Source of the DNA: an uncultured delta proteobacterium
GTDB taxonomy: Bacteria; Desulfobacterota; Binatia; JACPRU01
Assembly: GCA_963745025.1 (NCBI GenBank)
Contig: CAVUWD010000016.1
Coordinates: 352,001 to 416,000 of the forward strand
Reading direction: 5' to 3'
Length of the DNA: 64,000 nucleotides
Each line of letters starts with the position of its first letter. Position 1 is the stretch's first letter. Shown piece after piece: positions 58,601 to 64,000 of this stretch. A program made the position numbers and the translations under genes. The notes under the pieces were generated by a model. The model did not search any database. It had not been told where the DNA came from and saw only the letters and a program-made list of their open reading frames with translations.

Positions 58601-61504
58601 TCAGGCGATCTTCGAGACCTCGACGCGCGTGTCGCGATCGTTGGTCGAGGGCTGCAGGCAGATGAAGTTCGGCCGCAGGTGGAACTGGCCGCCCGCGAGC
58701 TCGACGGGATTCAACGGTGTCGGCATCAGGTTCTGGTATCCCTTCTGGTTGCGGAATTGGAAGTTCTCCCAGGCATGGTAAATCACCACCTGGCCGGGCC
58801 GCACGCCGGGCGACACCTTCGCGTGGATCTGGAAGCTGTCCACGTCGTTACGCACTTCGACGATGTCGCCGTCGGCGATGCCGCGCGAGCGCGCATCCGC
58901 GACGCTCATGTACATGACGGGTTCGCCCCGCTGCTGGCGGAGCATCAGCGCGTCGTCGCGCCACGAAGAGTGGATGCTCCAGCGCGTGTGCCCGCCGCTG
59001 AGGATCAGCGGATGGTCGCCCCCGATCTTCGGCGGATCCTTGTGCGTCGGCAGCTCCTCGCCGAGCTCGAGGTAGAGATCCTGGTCGATGTAGAACTGGA
59101 TCCGGCGCGTGAGAGTCGGGTAAACGATCTTCTTCTCGACGTGGAACGTGAACGGCGACACGGTGTCGTCGGGCTTGATGTCGCAGGCGTTGCCGATGCT
59201 CGTGCCTCCCTCGCCGACCGCCGTGAAGCGGGCCCACCCTTTCTTCTTGAGATCCTCCCACTCGACTCCCTCGAGGTTCGTCGACAGGCGGATCAGGTCG
59301 TTCGCGACCTTGTCGTCGTCGGTTGCTTCGTAGGTCCCGCCGAAGCTGAACTCGTCCCAGATCCGATCGAGGCGGCGCTCCTCGCCGCGGCGGCTCGTGT
59401 ACGGTTTCACCCCGCGCGCGGAGGCGCGCTCCTGGATTTTTTTCGCGAGCAGCGCGGTGATCTCCCAGTCGGACTTCGCCTCGTGAAAGGCCGGGGCGAC
59501 TTTCTCGCCGCCGTGGATGAACGGCATCAGCGGCGTCACCCACTTGTGATCGGAGCGTTCGTACCAGGCCGTGACCGGCAGCACGTAGTCGGAGTAGAGC
59601 GCGGTGGAGCTCATCCGCGAGTCGAGCGTCACGAAGGCGCGAAGCTTGGGGAAGAGATGCTTGAAGAGCTGGGGGTAGCCGCGCAGCCGGCGCAGAATGT
59701 TGCTGCCGACCTCGAAGATCACGCGCGGCGGCTGGCCCGGAGGCGGATACACGTACTGCCAGCGCTTCTCCAGCGATTCGGCGAGGTACTCCTTCGCGCT
59801 TCGCTTCATGTATGGGTCCCACTTCTGGGACTCGTTGGCGAGCTCGAGGAGCCCGCCGTGCACTTGCCAGAAGAGGACGCCGCATGTCCACACGCCCTTC
59901 GCGTACCAGTCGCGGGCGATCTCGTAGGTGATCATCTCGTCGGAGAAGCCACGCATCTTGAACGCCATGACCTTGCCGAGGAGCTCGGCCTGAAGGCGGA
60001 GCTTGCCGAGGCGCCCCGCGTGCTTGGCGAACACGAACGAATCGAAGCCGTCGTTCGTGAGGAACGGGAACCCGCTGTAGCCCGCGCCCTTGCGGCCCAT
60101 GTGCCCGCACACCGAGAGCAGCAGGATCATCGAGCGCTCGACGAGGTTCCCGTGGTAGAGCTTCCCCCAGTTGCTGCTCGTGACGTTGGCGGCGGCCTTG
60201 GCCCTGGCGACGTCACGGGCGAGGGCGCGGATCGTCTCGGGCGCCACGCCGCAGATCGCCGAGGCCTTCGCGGGCGTCCAATCGCGGTCGAGCCGTTCGC
60301 GCAAGGCCTCGAACACGGGCCGTACCCGCACCTTACCGGAGAGCGTCTCGACCTCGTAGGTCCCGCCGAGCGCGGGGCGCAGCTTGCCGAGCTCGAGTGA
60401 GCGCATGGGGGCCGTCGTCACCCGCTTCGCCGCCTCATCGTAGACGTAAAGGGTCTCGTCGCTACCACCGCTCTTGAGATCGCTCTCGCGGAGAAACCGT
60501 TTGGTGTCGTCGCGCACGAGAAACGGGAGGTCCGTCTGCTCGCGCAGGAAGCCATCGTTCTGGAGGCCCTCGGCGAGGATCGTCTGCACCATCGCCAGAG
60601 CCAGCGCCGCGTCGGTGCCGACGCGGACGGGAATCCACGTGTCGGCCTTGATCGCCGAGGCGTTGTAGTCGGGACTGATCGCGACGATACGCGTGCCGTG
60701 GTAGCGCGCCTCGGTCAGAAAGTGCGCGTTCGGGATCTGCGTGTAGAGCGGGTTGCAGCCCCAGACGAGGATCAGATCCGAGTGGAAGTAGTCGTCGGCC
60801 GAGCGCTCGGCGACGATCTTGCCGAACGTCTCGCCGGCGCCGCGGTGGCCGTCGCCGATCTCCGTGTTCATGTCGAGGAGCACGTTGTCCATGAGCACGC
60901 CGAGCCGGCACACTCCCGCCGCCATCGTTCCGAGCGTGAGGAGCGGGCCGAGGCTCCAGACCACCTTGTCCGCGCCTTCCTTCTCGGTCGTGTCGACGAC
61001 GATGTCGGCGATCTCGGTGAGCGCCTGGTCCCAGGAGATCCGCTCCCACTTCCCCTCGCCGCGCTCGCCGACGCGCTTGAGCGGCCACTTGAGCCGCGAA
61101 GCGTCGTACATGCGGTGGCTGTAACAGGCTCCCTTCTGGCAGCCGCGCGGGTTGAAGTCGGGGAAGCCGGCCTTGATCTGCGGATAGTCGCCGACTTGCT
61201 CCTCGCGCCAGACGATCCCGTCTTTGAGATAGACGTTCCAGGCGCAGTGGGCCTGATACCAGCAGTTCACGAAGTGGGTCGTGCGCGCGACCTTGTCCCA
61301 CTGCCATTTGTGGCGGTAGAGATCCTCCCAGTTCCGGTACGGATATTCCTGCGAGGCCACGTCTTCCGCCGCCAGCGCGCTGCTGGCCGCGAACCGCAGC
61401 TGCCCGAGCGAGAGCACGAGCGCGGCGGCTCCACTCTGCTTCATGAAATCGCGGCGGGTGAATCCGATCGCCGTCTTCTCGCCCTCTTCGAGCTCGTTCG
61501 TCAT
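58601..61504 (-). CDS. Tat-exported Mo-bisPGD alpha subunit, EBDH/steroid C25 dehydrogenase-like
   Basis: FTRRDFMK; THFVNCWYQAHC, FNPRGCQKG, EIGD and GGHTRWSIHS. Confidence 0.92.
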   Translation of the reverse strand: MTNELEEGEKTAIGFTRRDFMKQSGAAALVLSLGQLRFAASSALAAEDVASQEYPYRNWEDLYRHKWQWDKVARTTHFVNCWYQAHCAWNVYLKDGIVWREEQVGDYPQIKAGFPDFNPRGCQKGACYSHRMYDASRLKWPLKRVGERGEGKWERISWDQALTEIADIVVDTTEKEGADKVVWSLGPLLTLGTMAAGVCRLGVLMDNVLLDMNTEIGDGHRGAGETFGKIVAERSADDYFHSDLILVWGCNPLYTQIPNAHFLTEARYHGTRIVAISPDYNASAIKADTWIPVRVGTDAALALAMVQTILAEGLQNDGFLREQTDLPFLVRDDTKRFLRESDLKSGGSDETLYVYDEAAKRVTTAPMRSLELGKLRPALGGTYEVETLSGKVRVRPVFEALRERLDRDWTPAKASAICGVAPETIRALARDVARAKAAANVTSSNWGKLYHGNLVERSMILLLSVCGHMGRKGAGYSGFPFLTNDGFDSFVFAKHAGRLGKLRLQAELLGKVMAFKMRGFSDEMITYEIARDWYAKGVWTCGVLFWQVHGGLLELANESQKWDPYMKRSAKEYLAESLEKRWQYVYPPPGQPPRVIFEVGSNILRRLRGYPQLFKHLFPKLRAFVTLDSRMSSTALYSDYVLPVTAWYERSDHKWVTPLMPFIHGGEKVAPAFHEAKSDWEITALLAKKIQERASARGVKPYTSRRGEERRLDRIWDEFSFGGTYEATDDDKVANDLIRLSTNLEGVEWEDLKKKGWARFTAVGEGGTSIGNACDIKPDDTVSPFTFHVEKKIVYPTLTRRIQFYIDQDLYLELGEELPTHKDPPKIGGDHPLILSGGHTRWSIHSSWRDDALMLRQQRGEPVMYMSVADARSRGIADGDIVEVRNDVDSFQIHAKVSPGVRPGQVVIYHAWENFQFRNQKGYQNLMPTPLNPVELAGGQFHLRPNFICLQPSTNDRDTRVEVSKIA

Positions 61505-61841
61505 GGCTCCACCTTGACCGACGTCTCAGCGCGGCCTCCCAGCCGCAATCGAAATGTCGGTGGGTTCGTAATGCGTCAGTCTTGGCCACACGTGCTGGAA
61601 ATTCCGGAAGCGCTGGATCTTCCGGTCGGCCCGTGCTCGGGTCGACCGGAAGATCCAGCCACCGCGCGCAAGCGCGGAGAGCGATAGACGATCTCGTGGG
61701 TCATTGGCTTCCGCGTTCCGCGCTCTTCGTCGTTTCGAAGCATTCGAGGCGAAGACTGAGGCGTTACCTGGGTTCTGAGGCATCCTATCCAATGTCTTCG
61801 TGTGAAAATGTGACTTCGTGCCGTAACAGCTCATCGGGCAG

Positions 61842-62932
61842 TCAGGCCTTCCTCGTGGTATCCGATCGGATCCACTCGAGTGTCGCCGGGTCTTTCGTGA
61901 AATCCGGGAAGATCTGGTTCGGCCAGCGGTAGACGATCAGCGTGTCGAGGAGCTCGGACTTCTCGCCGCGCTTCGCCTTCGCCATCTCCGCCTTGAGCAT
62001 CGCGAGCGCGCCGTCGACCTCGGTGCCGAAGAGCGAACGTAGGTACTCGATCGGAATTCGCGGCTTGGACTCGTCGACGTTACCGTCCGCATCGAGTCGG
62101 GCCGGGGAGAGCGGCGGAACGTAGTAGACGTTCGGCTCGGTGCCGTATTCCGCGTGCAGGGGCAGGGCGACCTTCCACTGCTTGACGAGCTTGTGGATCG
62201 GCCCCTTCTCGTCGTCGAGGTAGCCGACGAACCGCAGGCGTCCGGGGCACTGTCGCGCGCACGCCGGCGCCACGCCCTTCTCGATGCGCGGGAAGCAGAA
62301 GATGCACTTCTGGCCGATCGTGCGGACGTGGTTGAAGTAGATCTTCTTGTACGGGCAGGCCTCCATGCAGAAGCGGTAGCCCTTGCAGCGGTCCTCGTCG
62401 ATCAGCACGATGCCGTCCTCCGCGCGCTTGTAGATCGCCCGGCGCGGGCAGGCCTCGAGGCAGGCCGGGTGCGTGCAGTGATTGCAGATGCGCGGCAGGT
62501 AGAAGTAGTAGGAGTTCGGGTACTCGCCGCTCGCCCTGATCTTCGTCCCAGTTCGGTCCCCAGGTGGGCGGCTTCCCCTGCGCGCGCAGTGCGGCGCCTT
62601 CACCCTTTCCGCCGTAGAAGACCTCGTCGTAGTTGAAGTCCCACGCCTCACCGAACTCCTCGCTCGTGGGTAGCCTACCGGCGCGCGGCGCGCCGTTCGT
62701 GAAAGCCGCCGCCCATCGCTTCCCAGTCCTTCGGTGTTCCGCGCCCGGGCATGGTGTTCACGGTTGCCCACCACATGTGCTCCATGCCTTCTTCGCGGGT
62801 CCAGAGCGTCTTGCAGGCGATCGTGCAGGTCTGGCAGCCGAGGCACTTGTTCAGATCGAAGACCATCGCGAGCTGTTGCTTCGGCCGTACGACCTGGCCG
62901 TTCACGATCCTGCCGACGTTGTCTTCCGCCAT
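61842..62932 (-). CDS. Fe-S beta subunit (EbdB-like), two apparent +1 indels near 62703 and 62533
   Basis: CLGCQTCTIAC, CNHCTHPAC, CKGYRFCMEAC and KCIFCFPR across frames. Confidence 0.88.
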
Positions 62933-62956
62933 CGCGGTGCCTCCTTCCCGTGCGCT

Positions 62957-63610
62957 TCAAGCCTGAAGCTGGAGCGGGCGCCAGTTTTGCGAGAACGCCT
63001 TGACGCCTGCGCGCTCGCCGTTGGAGCCTTCCCAGATGGCGATGGCGATCTTCGTCGCCGCTGGGGGGCGGAACTGCACCGCCTCGGTTGCCTGGTCCGG
63101 GACTGCGAGCGGCCGAGCGATGACGAGCTGCCAGGCTCCGGATTGCCACGAGCCCCGGCAGGTGATGTGGCTCACGGCCGTGACGCGCGTCGTGCCAAGC
63201 CCCTCGGCCACGTTGTTCTTGCCTTGCTCGCCGAAGTCGGCGCGCCACTGCCATGCGTTGACCGGCTGAGTCTTGCTGCCCATCGTCTGCAGCGGAGCGT
63301 CGAAACTCATGGGAAAGAGGAGGGCGGCTCCGTCGGGGAAGGCGTTGTCGTTGCCGATCTTCGCGTCGTCCGTCGCATCCGCCCACTCCAAATGGAAGAA
63401 AATCTCCTCCCCGTTGTGCAACGCGTGCACCCGGACGCTCTTGATCTTGCCGATCTCGCGGCCTTTCCATGCCGCCTTGATGTACGGGGAAGGCTGCAGC
63501 GCGAGGGGTGTCCCCTTCAAGGCGACGATCTCCATCGCCGCTTGCTTCCATCGAGCCGCCCCGGGATCTAGGAGCGTATCACGAGCAAACGAAACCTTCT
63601 TTACGAGCAT
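62957..63610 (-). CDS. Haem b gamma subunit (EbdC-like)
   Basis: VHALHNG, FPDGAALLFP, TMG, VNAWQW and AIWEGSNGERAGVK. Confidence 0.88.
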   Translation of the reverse strand: MLVKKVSFARDTLLDPGAARWKQAAMEIVALKGTPLALQPSPYIKAAWKGREIGKIKSVRVHALHNGEEIFFHLEWADATDDAKIGNDNAFPDGAALLFPMSFDAPLQTMGSKTQPVNAWQWRADFGEQGKNNVAEGLGTTRVTAVSHITCRGSWQSGAWQLVIARPLAVPDQATEAVQFRPPAATKIAIAIWEGSNGERAGVKAFSQNWRPLQLQA

Positions 63611-64000
63611 GACGGAGCTCCCTTCGCTGCGGCTGCTCGCTCGCGCGAAGGCGCCATAGCCGGTGCCTGCTCGAGAACGGCGCGCAGCCGCGGGACGATC
63701 ACGGCCACGGAGAGATGGGCGGTGAGCACGACGCAGGCGGCGTAGGTGAGCCACTGATGAATCGTCGCCGACCAGTCGATGAGGACGAGAGAGAAGAGAT
63801 CTTGCCGCCACAGGAGGAGACCGGTCACCGTGAACGCAGCTCCCGCGACGACCGTGAATAGAAGATGAGCGTCGTGCCAGCGCCGGATCGGGCTCGGCGA
63901 CACCGACACCCGCTCTTCATCTCGGCTGCTTGGCCGATGGGACCAAATCGCGTGTCGTGCGAACGGCAACGTCGCGATCGCGAACGCTACGCCGATCCAG
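63601..64000 (-). CDS. Partial cytochrome b-like membrane protein (5' end off the window)
   Basis: TM helices with His (AHLLF, TIHQWL, TAHL) and TGLLLW. Confidence 0.55.
   Translation of the reverse strand, partial: WIGVAFAIATLPFARHAIWSHRPSSRDEERVSVSPSPIRRWHDAHLLFTVVAGAAFTVTGLLLWRQDLFSLVLIDWSATIHQWLTYAACVVLTAHLSVAVIVPRLRAVLEQAPAMAPSRERAAAAKGAPSCS

Noticed and set aside
61526-61834. 102-aa ORF or sigma54 promoter between beta and alpha
   Set aside because: The ORF lacks motifs, and the best promoter candidate has 11-nt spacing.

Overview
GC-rich bacterial window. The first ~8 kb is housekeeping: groEL/groES, a BCP-type peroxiredoxin with in-frame TGA and SECIS-like hairpin (missed by the ORF track), a HAD/acyltransferase fusion, aat, a hydrolase, a quinone oxidoreductase and tadA. 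From ~8 kb to the end is an anaerobic aromatic-catabolism and respiration island. It holds a B12 acyl-CoA mutase with unusual active-site residues and a thiolase. It also has an undescribed-looking operon at 12.4-24.0 kb: a Tat-less EBDH-type Mo-enzyme alpha/beta, degenerate adenylation proteins, a PaaK-like ligase, a U32 protein and DUF1329/DUF1302. Further along come class I benzoyl-CoA reductase, an acetophenone-carboxylase-like operon with a CoA ligase, padBCD, a Nitrospira/anammox-type periplasmic nxr cluster, a sigma54 activator and a second EBDH/S25DH-type complex. The nxr cluster is riddled with single-base indels that are probably sequencing errors. Four back-to-back pairs of sigma54 promoters share a 17-bp palindromic motif. 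No rRNA, tRNA, CRISPR array or transposase was recognised. All family calls come from motif recognition by eye, not database searches.
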